A stretch of DNA of 64,000 nucleotides from Eledone cirrhosa (lineage: Eukaryota), in assembly GCA_964016885.1 (NCBI GenBank), contig OZ024743.1:313472001-313536000 (forward strand). The letters are read 5' to 3'. The notes under the pieces are model-generated. The model had not been told where the DNA came from and made no database searches. It saw only the letters and a list, made by a program, of their open reading frames with translations. Made by a program: the position numbers and the translations under genes. Every line of letters begins with the position of its first letter. Positions within the stretch are counted from its first letter, which is position 1. Shown here one piece after another: positions 36,115 through 49,434 of this stretch.

Positions 36115-38514
36115 CTCCATCACTACAGTACTACTATCCCATCACCACCGTCACCACTGCATCATCGTTACCACCACTATTCCGTCACTACGTCCTGTTA
36201 AGAGAGGGATGGTATTAGTGCCACGACACATGACTAGAAGCGAGGAAGTCACCAAAAGATATAAAAAGATATAAATAGACTTATTTAGTGACCCGGTCAA
36301 ACAGCTAACAACATAATAATTATTGTTGTTGTATCTCTAAACTCTCTCAAAATGTTTAGTTTAAACGATGTCAACTAATAATAATAATGATAAGCAACAA
36401 GTCGAAACATTACAGAACAGAACACAGACAAAAACAAACGCAACAACAAAAGAAAAACAAACTAAAAAAGTTTTGAACTTAACAACCCCTACTTCCCTCG
36501 TAGCTAAATTCAAAAACAGCAGCAACAGCAACTACAACACTAGTAACTGATGTTACTGGCCTTGAATAACAAAAAGAAAAAAAATGAAGTCAGACATTCA
36601 AACATTTCAATGAAACTTGAGTCCTTATTGAATGGGACATTCCAAAACATAGACACTAAAAACAGATTGGAAATAAAGTACAAAACTAGGGGGAAAAAGC
36701 TAAATATTATCATAGAGGAAGTGAAGCAACGCATTGTCGCAAAAAGTGCAAAGCTTAGGCGGTATGAGAAGAGGGTCTGTCAGTATAGACAGAACCGCAT
36801 GTTTGACAACAACCAGAAGATGCTGTTTGGACAGCTTGAAGGGAAAGAAAGAGGCAACGACGTGATCCCAGAGGCGGAACAAACTAAGACATTCTGGAGA
36901 GAAATATGGTAGCAGGATGTTGAACATAATAGTTAGGCGGTGTGGATTGAGACAGTACAAAAGGAGGTTAGTGAACAAGCACACCAACAACCTGATTTGC
37001 GTATCACAGTTGAAACTCTTAAAGGGGAGGCCAAAACACTAACCAACTGGAAATCAGCAGGCCCAGATGGTGTGCAGGGGTATTGGATTAAACATATAAC
37101 ATCCCTCCACCCGAAACTGACAACCATGTTCAATGACTTCTTGATGTCGGCTGAGGTACTAGAGTGGTTGACAAATGGTACCACAGTTCTGGTAATGAAA
37201 GACCGAATCAAGAGTAATGATGTTACCAACTACAGACCTATCACATGTGTGTCCGTAATGTGGAAACTGTTAACAAGCATTGTGTCTGAGGAAATCTACC
37301 ATCACCTCCACATAAACAACTTGTTATCAGACGAACAGAAAGGATGCCGAAAGAAGTCCCATGGTAAAAAGGACCAGTTACTTATTGATAACATAGTAAT
37401 GAGGGATTGCAAGAGGAGACACACTGGTCTTGCCATTGGATGGATAGACTACAAAAAGGCAGTCGACATGGTACCTCATTCTTGGATAACCAAAAGCCTA
37501 GAGATGTTCAAGGTGGCAGATAACATCAGACAGTTGTTGAGCAAAAGTATGAAGTCCTGGAAAACAGAGTTAACATCGGGTGGAGAATTCTTGGAATGCG
37601 TTAAGATCAAGAGAGATATCTTCCAGAGAGATAGTTTGTCCCCTCTGCTATTTGTCTTTGCCCTGATACCACTGACTGTTATATTGCGAAAAGTGAGAGC
37701 AGGATACAAGTTGGGAAAAGAAGAGCTTACCATCAACCACCTCCTCTTTATGGGCGATCTTAAACTCTTTGGGAAGAGTGAGAAGGAGTTCGATGTACTT
37801 GTTGACACTGTCCGTATTTTCAGCAATGATATATGTATGCAATTTGGTATTAATAAGTGTGGAGTCCTAGTGATGAAGAGGGAAAATTGAGCAGAAGCAA
37901 CGGAATTCAGGAACCAACAGGTGAGATGATAAAGGAAATTGACACTGATGAAGAATACAAATATTTAGGGGTACTGGAGCCGGATGACATCAAGAACAAA
38001 AAAAAAACGAAGGAATTGATAAGATCTGAGTACATTAGGAGAGTAAGGAGCGTATTAAAATCGCATCTAAATAGTAGGAATGTCATAAGTGCAGTGAATT
38101 CCCGAGCTGTGTCTATTATTAGGTACAGTGCGGGAATTCGGAAATGGAATGTTGCTGAACAAAAAGAAATGGATAGGAAGACTATGAAGCTATTGACTAT
38201 CTACAACATGTTCCACAAAAGGAGTTATGTCGATAGACTCTACTTAAAGAGATCTGAAGGTGGAAGAGGTCTTATCACCATAGAGGACTGTGTTCAGATG
38301 GAGAAAAACAACCTGCACAAATACGTGACTGACAGTAGGGAGCCAATGCTTAAAATTGTACTGAAGGAGAAGACAATAGACTAGGTGATATCCAAGGAGG
38401 AAATAACAACAAGGAGGAAGAGCAACCTTCATGGAAAATCCCCTCATAGTACCTTCTTTGAGAAAACTGAATTTAGAGATCCACAGACATGGAACTGGTT
38501 AAAAAGAGGAGACC
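36115..38514 (+). mobile_element. Dong-type element D3: 5' UTR piece fused to the RT region (internal deletion at ~36612-36618), 3'-truncated
   Basis: 36115-36618 is homologous to the D4 5' UTR (43005-43320, reverse); then WKSAGPDG, NYRPITC, EQKGC, WIDYKKA, DSLSPLLF, NHLLFMGDLKL. Confidence 0.88.
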
Positions 38515-38538
38515 ATAAAATATGTATATTAAGGAATA

Positions 38539-39533
38539 GCGCTTGGAAACTGGAATGTCTCCAGGCCCTCAATGCCCTGTGCCAGCAGGGCATCAGTATC
38601 GGTGGAACATCCACCTCGGCATTCTATAGAGGACTAGTGGCGGGGAAGAGCGACGACGTTCTCGGAGAGATGCTGGTCGTCGAAGAAGATGAGCTCTTTG
38701 CTCTCTTCCGGAGAACTTTCAGCCCAGGGCCTATGGATAACTTACAAAAATCCTTGACCTGGCAGTGCTACCGGGGAACGTTGCCGGTTCGAGATAAGCT
38801 CTATAGGCACGGAAGTGCCGTCAGCCGAGCCTGTCCGAGATGCGCGCAGAGCGACGAAACCGTCGTGCACGCACTCGTTCCGTGCCCGAGCATTGCTGAC
38901 TTGTGGAGCTATGTCGAACAGTTGTTGTCGCGTGTAGGACTGATCCGTTTATCGACTGAGTCCATTGTGATGATGGTCTCGCCGTCTTCCTTCGAGGAGG
39001 AAGGGCAGGCAGTTTTCATCTGCCTGGTGGCCATGGCGAAAGAGATTGTGTTGTAGACAAGGTTGAAAGGTTTAAAGACATACTTTCCTCTTCGGCGAAT
39101 CCCTAATTAACTTTTTCAAGTTTCACTAGAAAAGGGAAATCAGGGTGGAGGGGTAAGTTTGTTGAAAGGTGGGTGAATGTAGCGAGAATGGTCCGAGTGA
39201 ACGGGACCGCTCTGAATATACGCCTGTAATTTGAGAAATGGAAAAATTGAGAGAGGGCACTTGCCCTGGTGGTCAGGGTGGCCATGGTCTTTTGTGTGGT
39301 TTTCCGCACGAGTGTCCCTCGGAGGTTTCCCCCCTGTTGGGGAATTTATCATTGTTTCAATTTTCATTTTTATTGTTTATATATATATATATATGTTTCT
39401 ATGTATTTTTTTCTTTTCTTATATAAATAATAAAAATCTTTACACGCACAAACCCCACATCGTACCGCCCTGTACCGTCCTGTGCCGTCTGTAATGTTTT
39501 TCTTGATGTCAGCCCTTGTGGCCAATAAAGAAA
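38539..39533 (+). mobile_element. 3' part of a Tx1-B-like LINE (Tx1-C)
   Basis: WQCYRGTLPVRDKL...CPRC...ETVVHAL; 3' UTR ends cccttgtggccaataaagaaa followed by (ATT)n. Confidence 0.9.
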
Positions 39534-39565
39534 TTATTATTATTATTATTATTATTATTATTGTT

Positions 39566-42500
39566 CTTTGAGTCTCAGTTATTGATGTTATTTAACTGGA
39601 AAGTTTGTTGAAATGAATATCAAGCCACTACCTGCAGCCTCAGATATTCAGGACGTATTGGAGGGTTCTTGCTGTTTCCAGCAAGCATGCCTTTTGAAGT
39701 GTTCCAAAAAGCGGGGCGGGACCAATTTTCTTTAACCATCCTTGGAAACTTTGAGATAGTACCTAGTGCGCCTATGACAATCGGGACCACTTTGACTTCA
39801 TGGCAGTTCCAAATCCTTTTTACCCCCCACTTTAAGTCCTGGTATCGGTTAATTTTCTCCCTCTCCTTCTCTTGCACTCTCGTGTCGAATGGGCAGGCTA
39901 CATCCACAATGGGGCACGATTTTTTTCCTTGTCCAAAACGACCAGGTCAGGTCTAATGTGTTCCAGTTTCTTGTCCGTCTGTATCCTAAAATCGCACAGC
40001 ACCTTCACCTGATCATTTTCCATCACCGACTCTGGCTTATGCTCATACCACTTCTCAGAATGTGGTCAATTGTTTACTTTGCATAGGTGCCAGTGGACCA
40101 CCCTGCCCATCACATCATGTCTCCACCCTTTATAGTGAGTCTGGGCTAGGTGTTTACACTCGGATACAATGTGAGCCACAGTCTCCTCTCTCTCTCTCCA
40201 CAGATCCTGCACAGTGGGCTAGCCTCCTGCTTGTAAATATGGTGTTTCAGCCACATCGTTTTGAGGGCCTGCTCTTGCGCAGCCATTAGCATTCCTTCTG
40301 TAGCCTTTTAAGGTCTCCTCTTTCAACCAGTTAAATGTCTGTGGATTTCTAAATTCAGTTTTCTCAAAAAGGTACTAAAAGGGATTTTTCATGAAGGTTG
40401 CTCTTCCTCCTTGTTATTTCCTCCTTGGACATCCCCTCGTCTATTGTCCTCTCCTTCAGTACAATTCTAAGCATTGGCTCCCTACTATCAGTCACGTATT
40501 TGTGTAGGTTGTTTTTCTCCATCTGAAGACAATCCTCTATGCTGATAAGACCACTTCCACCTTCAGATCTCCTTAAGTCGAGTCTACCGACATCACTCCT
40601 CTTGTGGAACATGTTGTAGATAGTCAATAGCTTCCTAGTCTTCCTATCCATTTCATTTTGTTCAGCAACATTCCATCTCAGAATTCCCGCACTGTACCTA
40701 ATAATAGACACAGCTGGGGAATTTACTGCATTTATGGCATACCTACTGTTCAGATGTGACTTTAATACGCTCCTTACTCTCCGAATGTATTCAGATCTTA
40801 TCAATTCCTTCATTTTTTTGTTCTTGATATCATCAGCCTCCAGAACATCCAACTACTTCTCACTCTTCCCGAAGAGCTTAAGATCGTCCATGAAGTGGAG
40901 GTGATTGATAGTAAGCTCTCCCTTTCCCAACCTGTATCCTGCTCTCACTTTTGGCAGTATAATGGTCAGGGGGATCAGGGCGAGGACAAACAACAGAGGG
41001 GACAATCTATCTCCCTAGAAGATACCTCTCTTGATCTTCACGCCTCCCAATGATTCTCCGCCCGATGTTAATTCTGTTTTCCAGTACTTCATACTTTTGC
41101 TCAACAACTGTCTGATGTTATCTGCCACACTGAAGATCTCTAGGCTTTTGGTGATCCAAGAATGAGGCACCATGTCAAATGCTTTTTTTAGTCTGGCAAG
41201 ACCAGTGTGTCTCCTCTTGCAATTCCTCAATACCATCTTATCAGTAAGTAACTGGTCCTTTGTACCACGGAACTTCTTTCGGCATCCTTTCTGTTCGTCC
41301 GGTAACAAGTTGTTTATGTGGAGGTGATGGTAGATTTCCTCAGACACAATGCTTGTTAACAGTTTCCACATTACGGACAGACATGTGATAGGTCTATAGT
41401 TGGTAACATCAATACCCTTGATTCGGTCTTTCATTATCAGAACTGTGGTACCATTTGTCAACCACTCTGGTTCCTCACCTGACATCAAGCAGTCATTGAA
41501 CATGGTTGTCAGTTTCGGGTGGAGGGATGTTATAATTTTAATCCAATACCCCTGCACACCATCTGGGCCTGGTGACTTCCAGTTGGTTAGTTTTCTGGCC
41601 TCCCCCTTAAGAGTTTCAACTGTGATACTCAAATCAGTTTGTTGGTGTGCCTGTTCACTAATCTCCTTTTGTACTGTCTCAATCCACACTGCCTGATCAT
41701 TATGTTTAACATCCTGCTCCCATATTCCTCTCCAGAATGTCTTAGTTTGTTCCGCCTCAGGGATCAAGTCGTTACCTCTTTTCTTCCCTCAAGCTGTCCA
41801 AGCAACATCTTCTGGTTATTGTCAAACATGCGGTTCTGTCTATACTGACTGGCTCTGCTCTCGTATCGCCTAATCTTTGCTACAATGCGTTGCTTCACTT
41901 CCTCTATGATAATATTTAGCGTTTTCCTCCTAGTTTTGTACTTTATTTCCAGTTTATTTTTAGTGTCTATGTTTTTTAGTGTCCCATTCAGTAGGGGCTC
42001 AAACTTTCCAATGTCATTTCTCATTTCCCTGATTTGACCATTCAGTCGTTTCTTCCACCAAGGTTCTGATCTTTCTTGTTTGATTTTTCCTCTCACTTTT
42101 ATGCCAAGTAATTTCCTCACCGCATTTGCTGTTGCTTTGAGGATATTGTTGCACTGGTGAAGTTTCCTCGCCTCAAGGTATGGGATGACTTTGTTTACCT
42201 TAGCTGTCGTTTCTTTTAACTTTTTCCTGTCTACAAATCTTAGGTTCACAGGTTTCCCACTATCATTGTTCAATTCATCTACCAATAAGTTTAGGATATC
42301 ATTTCCTCAATGGCCGTATCTTTGTTCCAGGTATTATTTATTTCAGCATTCAGATCATTGTCTGCTTCGGATGATTCCTCCGTTCTCTCAACCTCTTCAC
42401 CTTCATCTCCCACTGGCTTGTTTGCCTGGCATACTCCACTCTCCATTTCCAAGCTAATCTTTCTGCTCAGTTCCTCCAGTTCCAGCTCGCTTATCCACCC

Positions 42501-43948
42501 ATTAGTTCTTATTACCCGAGCCTGCCCGGCCAATTTTTGTTCATCTAATTTAAATAGACCAATCTCGTTCCAGATGCTATGCACCTGTTTCCTATAGCCT
42601 TTTTCCTTGGGGTTACTCTTCAGGTAAAATTGCATAACAGTTCTATTCAATTCTTTCGTCCAGTTGGTTCTGGTCCCTTTCCTTCTTCTTCTTCCTCCTC
42701 CAACACCAGCAGTATTAGGATGACAGACAGGTCCCTGCTACTGGGCCAGGGAGCACCTACTGGGTGAGGGTCTGTCACATGACATTCCAGTCTCCACTTC
42801 ACCGTTATTCGAACTGTTTAGGTTCGACATTTAAACACCCATATCGAGGATTGGTGAATGTATGGTTACATAACCACCGGTGATTTCATCACCCCCAGGG
42901 ATTTGATCACCCCCCGGTGATTTTAGCATGCCACTATCACGCTGTAGACGAACATAAATAAATAAACAAATAAATAGGTAAAAACTTTTAAAAAATAGGC
43001 TTATGTTTAAGTTTCATTATAATGTAATGTTTGAATGTCTGACTTAGTTTTTTTGTTTGTTTGTTTCTTTCTTTGTTTTTCTTTTCTTTACGTTTTTCGT
43101 TGCTGGTGTGCTGTTTAAATTTTGATTTTTAATTTTTTGATTTTTTGACCGGTGTAATCACATCAGTCTATTTATATCTTTTGATACCTTCCTCCCTTAG
43201 TGGGAATACTACGATCTCTCTGTCTTAGCAGGTGGTAGTGGGAGAGAATAGCGGCGGTAGCGATAATGAGGCAGTGGTGGTGGTGTTGATGTGATCGTAG
43301 TACTGTAGTGATGGTGTTGAAGTTGAAGTAGAAATAGAAGTTGAAGTAATAGTTGGCTTGGCTAGATTTTTTTGCGTGGTAGTGGTGATGGTGGCGGTGG
43401 TGGTGCAATTATTTGCCTGTCTGTCGACATAGCGATTTTCCTCTTTTTTTACTATAACATTTCTGATCCAAAATTAAATATTAAATATTGGGGCCCTATG
43501 CCATAATGTGATGCGTTGTCGCTGGCTGAGAGTCAAAACTATAATCTTAAGTTTCATTTGTAATAAGAATTATTCTATCACAGTTGTTTTAAGTTGAAGT
43601 AACAGTTGTTTTAAATATGAAGTTGAAGTAACAGTTGGCTTGGCTAGAATTTTTTTGCGTGGTAGTGGTGATTGTGGCGGTGATGGTGTTGGTGGTGAAA
43701 TTATTTGCCTGTCTGTCCACGTAACGATTTTCCTCTTTTTGGACTGTAACATTTCTGATGCGAAATTAAAAATTAAATATTGGAGCCTTATGCCATAATG
43801 TGATGCGTCGTCGCTTGCTGAGAGCCAAAACTGTAATCTTATATTTCATCTGTAATAAGAATTATTCTATCACAGTTGTTTTAAATAATGTAAAAATCAA
43901 AAACTTACGGGAGTGATTCTATAACACTATAATCCACCACGTGCATAT
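39566..43948 (-). mobile_element. Near full-length Dong-type element D4 (ORF 42830-39640, ~1.1 kb 5' UTR)
   Basis: N-terminal RTNWTKELNRTVMQFY...EQKLAGQARVI, PWWKKRL, RT and RLE motifs; internal deletion near 40850; (AAT)n at both ends. Confidence 0.92.
43337..43884. repeat. ~260 bp tandem duplication within the D4 5' UTR
   Basis: 43337-43592 versus 43619-43884 (gaagttgaagta...tggcttggctaga...ataagaattattctatcacagttgttttaa). Confidence 0.85.
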
Positions 43949-44061
43949 ATTATTATTATTATTTGTAACAGCATGCCTTCCACTAAAGATAACTAAGAGA
44001 CAAAATGGTGGTGTTAAATGTAAAGAGTAGAGATAAACACACAAACGCATACACACTTAAA

Positions 44062-44130
44062 ATGTTGGCTGAAAAGTTCATAGGCTGACTATGAAGGAGC
44101 GATGCTAGAGCTGTGAAATCCTGCATGCTT
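44062..44130 (+). mobile_element. Possible Tc1/mariner terminal fragment
   Basis: tggctgaaaagttcataggctgac resembles mariner TIR-proximal sequence (recognised from memory only). Confidence 0.3.
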
Positions 44131-44133
44131 TAA

Positions 44134-44313
44134 TGGGGAATTTTTCATTGTTTCAATTTTCATTTTATTGTTTATATATATATATGTTTTATGTCTTTTT
44201 TTCTTATCTTATATAAATAATAAAAATATTTACACGCACAAAACCCACATCGTACCGTCCTGTTCCGTCTGAGATGTTTTTCTTGATGTCAGCCCTTGTG
44301 GCCAATAAAAAAA
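44134..44313 (+). mobile_element. Tx1-C-like 3' UTR fragment
   Basis: Closely matches 39338-39533; followed by (ATT)n 44315-44380. Confidence 0.88.
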
Positions 44314-44341
44314 TCATTATTATTATTATTATTATTATTAC

Positions 44342-44372
<31 letters not shown>

Positions 44373-44381
44373 GTTATTACT

Positions 44382-46306
44382 CTTTGAGTCTCAGTCATTG
44401 ATGTTAGTTAACTGGAAAGTTTGTTGAGATGAATATCAAGCCACTACCTGCAGCCTCAGATATTCAGGACGTATCGGAGGGTTCTTGCTGGTGATTGATG
44501 GTAAGCCCTCCCTTTCCCAACCTGTATCCTGCTCTCACTTTTCGCAGTACACTGGTCAGGGGCATCAGGGCAAGGACAAACAACAGAGGGGACAGACTAT
44601 CTCCCTGGAAGATACCTCTCTTGATCTTCACACTTCCCAAGGATTCTCCAGTTGATGTTAACTCTGTTTCCCAGGACTTCATACTTTTGCCCAACAACTG
44701 CCTCATGTTACCTGCCACCTTGAAGATCTCTAGGCTTTTGGTGATCCAAGAATGAGGCACCATGTCCAATGCCTTTTTGTAGTCTATCCATCCGATGGCA
44801 AGACCAGTGTGTCTCCTCTTGCAATTACTCATTACCATCTTATCAATAAGTAACTGGTCCTTTGTAGCACGTGACTTCTTTCGGCATCCTTTCTGTTCGT
44901 CCGGTAACAAGTTGTTTGTGTGGAGGTGATGGTAAATTTCCTCAGACATAATGCTTGTCAACAGTTTCCACATTACGGACAGACATGTGATAGGTCTATA
45001 GTTGGTAACATCATTACCCTTGATTCGGTCTTTCATTATCAGAACTGTGGTACCATTTGTCAACCACTCTGGTACCTCACCTGACATCAAGCAGTCATTG
45101 AACATGGTTGTCAGTTTCGGGTGGAGGGATGTTATGTTTTTAATCCAATACCCCTGCACACCATCTGGGCCAGGTGATTTCCAGTTGGTTAGTTTTTTGG
45201 CCTGCCTCTGAAGAGTTTCAACTGTGATACTCAAATCAGTTTGTTGGCGTGCCTGTTCACTGATCTCCTTCTGTACTGTCTCAATCCACACTGCCTGGTC
45301 ATTATGTTTAACATCCTGCTCCCATATTCCTCTCCAGAATGTTTTAGTTTGTTCCGCCTAAGGGATCAAGTCGTTGCCTCTTTCCTTCCCTTTAAGCTGT
45401 CCAAACAGCATCTTCTGGTTGTTGTCGAACATGCGGTTCTGTCTATACTGGCTGACTCTGTTCTCGTATCGCCTGATTTATGCACTTTTTGCTACAATGC
45501 GTTGCTTCAGTTCCTCTATGATAATATTTAGTTTTTCCTCCTAGTGTTGTACTTTATTTCCAGTCTATTTTTAGTGTCTATGTTTTTTAGTGTCCCATTC
45601 AGTAGGGACTCAAGCTTTCCAATGTCATTTCTCATTTCCCTGATTTGACCACTCAGTCGTTTCTTCCACCAAGGCTCTGCTCTTTTTTGTCTGTTGTTTC
45701 CTCTCGCTTTTATACCAAGTAGTTTCCTCACCGTATTTGCTGTTGCTTTGAGTGCTTTGAGGATATTGTTGCCCTGGTGAAGGCTCCTCGCCTCAAGGTA
45801 TGGGATGACTTTGTTTACCTTAGCTGTTGTTTCTTTTAACTTTTTCCTGTCTACAAATCTTAGGTTCATAGGTCTCCCACTATCATTGTTCCATTCATCT
45901 ACCACTAAGTTTAGGATATCTACCAAATCTTGTCCTAGCCCGTCAGCATTCATCTCCTCAGTGGCCGTATCTCTGTTCCAGGTATTATTTATCTCAGCAT
46001 TCAGATCATTGTCTGCTTCGGGTGGTTCCTCCGTTCTCTCGACCGCTTCACCTTCATTTCCCACTGGCTCGTTTGCCTGGCATACTCCACCCTCCATCTC
46101 CAAGCTAATCTCTCTGCCCAGTTCCTCCAGTTCCAGCTCGCTTATCCACCCATTAGTTCTTATTAGCCGAGCCTGCCCGGCCAGTTTTTGTTCATCTAAT
46201 TTAAATGGACCAATCTCGTTCCAGATGCTATGCACCCTTTTCCTATAGCCTTTCTCCTTGGGGTTACTCTTCAGGTAACATTGCATAACAGTTCTATTCA
46301 ATTCTT
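44382..46306 (-). mobile_element. Dong-type element D5 (5'-truncated; large internal deletion at 44490/44491)
   Basis: ORFs 45528-46301 and 44464-45291 (GIFQGDSLSPLLF) jump straight from INH to the last codons and 3' UTR. Confidence 0.9.
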
Positions 46307-46309
46307 GTT

Positions 46310-46755
46310 GAAGGTGGCATCTAAGAAGTTAACTACTTTGGTTCTATATTCGTAGGTGATTTTAAGGCCAAGGCTATCTAGGGTTCTTCTAATGCTCTTA
46401 CGGGTTTATTCATGTTTTTAACTAATAGGAGAGCGTCATCTCTATATATTCCGCCTTGAAGGTAACTAAATTTATTATGTAAGGTATGGGCTATGTATAT
46501 ACCAACAATATCCGTAACTTGTGCTGAGTCATTAGCACCCATAGTTATGTCAAAGTTATCTATTCTATCCTTATGTACACAAAAGTTATTTTCAAATTTA
46601 ATTATCGTCTTTCTAGCAGCTAGGATAATGTTTATTTCGTCGTCGGTTAAGTCAGAGTTGGCTTCCGCAAATGCTAGTGCCTTGCTTAGAGTATCGAGTG
46701 ATATGGAGGAGTAATAGTCATTAATGTCGAATTGTATAAAGTTAGAGGTATTTTT
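46310..46755 (-). pseudogene. Naiad-type PLE RT fragment
   Basis: FIQFDINDYYSSIS...ARKTII...FDITMGANDSAQVTDIVGIYI...GIYRDD. Confidence 0.75.
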
Positions 46756-46771
46756 ATATATATATATATAT

Positions 46772-46834
<63 letters not shown>

Positions 46835-46865
46835 TGTGTGTGTACACGAGAGAAAGATAGTGAGA

Positions 46866-46940
<75 letters not shown>
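46756..46940. repeat. Compound (TA)n(TG)n(GA)n microsatellite
   Basis: Directly visible. Confidence 0.95.
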
Positions 46941-46942
<2 letters not shown>

Positions 46943-48182
46943 CGAGACGCGTAGCCTGAAGCCAGGAAGTCTATAACAGCTAATGAGTGTAATAAAAGTA
47001 TGAACACTATAAATGATTTCCTAAAATAAATATATATTTAAGGTTGCAGTTTACTTATAGTTGGCTTAGTTCTAATGTTGTCGTCCTACTACAAATTACA
47101 CTCATAATAATCGTCGATCATTATAGATATTAATTGGGAAAATATAGACACAAGCACTCGCACGGAATCAAATGACGCATCTGTCGAGCACCGGGAGAGC
47201 GCGTTAGTCATCACACTAAAGATTTCATGGTTACTGACTTTCTTTTTAAACCTGTAGCTAGATGTGAAACAATTTGATGCGTCAAATTCATCAAAATCAA
47301 ACTAATATATATATATGAAATGAAATTTAATTAATTTAGTTTATTTTCATATAAATCGCTACTTATAAAAATAAACGAACAAAGTTTGACAATTCATTAA
47401 TTAGTTTCATTATCAATACAATCTAATCATATTTTAAAATCGTAACATTCTGATGAGAAACATATCCTGATCATAGGTTAATAAACGTATGATGGTATTT
47501 TCTCGAAAATTATTTAGAAAACTTCAGTAATACTATAGAAAAGCATAGACCTATTGACACGAGAGATGGATGTTATAAATAATTTTAAATTAATTTTTCA
47601 AATATGATTCTTAATTGATGTTTCAGTTAAATTAATGCATAATTAATTATTTCCGTCTTAAAATCTTTTTTTTTTTAATGGTTATTCCAAAGCTGAATTA
47701 ATTCGGAAATATTGGTGCCTTGGCTGCCACATCTAAAATATTCTCCTTTCAACAATATATAATTATTTTCATTATACAAAATAATTCAGATATTTTGTAG
47801 TCAATATCCAGAATTATCGAATGATTCTTCTGTAAGGTGTATGTAAGTTATTTTGAATAAACAGCTGCTGGTCATTAAATTAAATGAAACTCAGACGTAA
47901 ATATGAATTATATGTCAAAACTAACTTTACTTACCACATGGACAGGCTTTATAGATGTACCTTAATTATATTTAATTAATCTTTGAATTTATGAAACCAA
48001 GACATAACTATAAAATATATGATACGGCAGATGTTTAATAGAAGCCAGCTATAATTAAACTGTGCGACATTAAATAAAGGGTCGATTTGAGAAATAGTTT
48101 TCTATTGATAATAGATATTGATATACTTCACTCATTAGCTGATTTAAACATTTTACTTCAAGCTGGGCATCTCGGGTTCGAT

Positions 48183-48191
48183 ATACACACA

Positions 48192-48273
<82 letters not shown>

Positions 48274-48310
48274 TATATATATATATGTGTGTGTGTGTAT
48301 ATCTATATAT

Positions 48311-48370
<60 letters not shown>
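48183..48370. repeat. Compound (CA)n/(TA)n microsatellite
   Basis: Directly visible. Confidence 0.95.
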
Positions 48371-48373
<3 letters not shown>

Positions 48374-49364
48374 AAATGGAGAAAAAAACAAGTTTAACAA
48401 CTTAAATCCATTAAAAAATGTCTATGTACGTCTCTAAACAGGTGACAATGGCACATGTATATGCAAACAATATGGGAATGTTTTGGTGCGTGCTTGCTTA
48501 TGTAGACTATTTTCTATGTCTTATTAGTTTTTATCATGTTATTGTTATTTTGGGTTATGAAGAACGAGGTGTTTTTGTTGTTCATTTCTGGTAGGGTGTT
48601 TCAGAGTACTCCATCGGTTACTATTTTTGTTCAGTTTTCTATGGAAGGGTCCGGATAACCCATTTAACTCATCAACATTGTCACCGCTAGGTCAACGGAG
48701 GGAGAGTCGAGATGTTTGTGTCTGCTCGGGACTGTAAGGACACCTAAAATCCTTAGCAAAATAAGGAACAAAACACCATGTCATATTCGAATTTGAGTGA
48801 AGACTGTTTCAATTTACATCAACAGAGAATCGAAACTGTTTCATCAGCACTATTGTCTTCATATTTTGTCAATCGCAGAATTTGTGAATAACATTTCTAC
48901 CTCAACTATTTCAGGAATCAATGAGATATTGTATTGCATTTAGAAGAATCATTATCAGATAAATGACTTGATTCTCTCCCTTGAGTTAAAGTGGTTACTT
49001 GGGAATTTAAACGAGGTTGAGCTCTCAGGTGTCCAGCAGTTTAACACTTGCGATAGGATATTGGTTATAGAGAAAGACATAACCATGAAAGAAAAGCGGT
49101 GAAAATAAATCTGGTATCAATAGCGAAGTTTTATATTAACAAATACTATCTCAGATCGTTGGTTGATCAAATGACTGGATTAAACGAATCTTTTATGACA
49201 AACATCTACCTGGTGTTTGTAAGTAATTTTATTGTACAATAAACTATTTATTGCACTATCTTTGATTAACTCCCATTTTAACTACGTTTTATTTGATTGC
49301 CCGAAATACTTTAGTGTATTTCTACCTGGCATTCTCTGAAGTTTTTGCCGTCTAATATATATAT

Positions 49365-49434
<70 letters not shown>

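Noticed and set aside
38385-39056. 223 aa ORF as a novel protein
   Set aside because: Reads across the Dong D3/Tx1-C breakpoint; both halves are decayed TE fragments.
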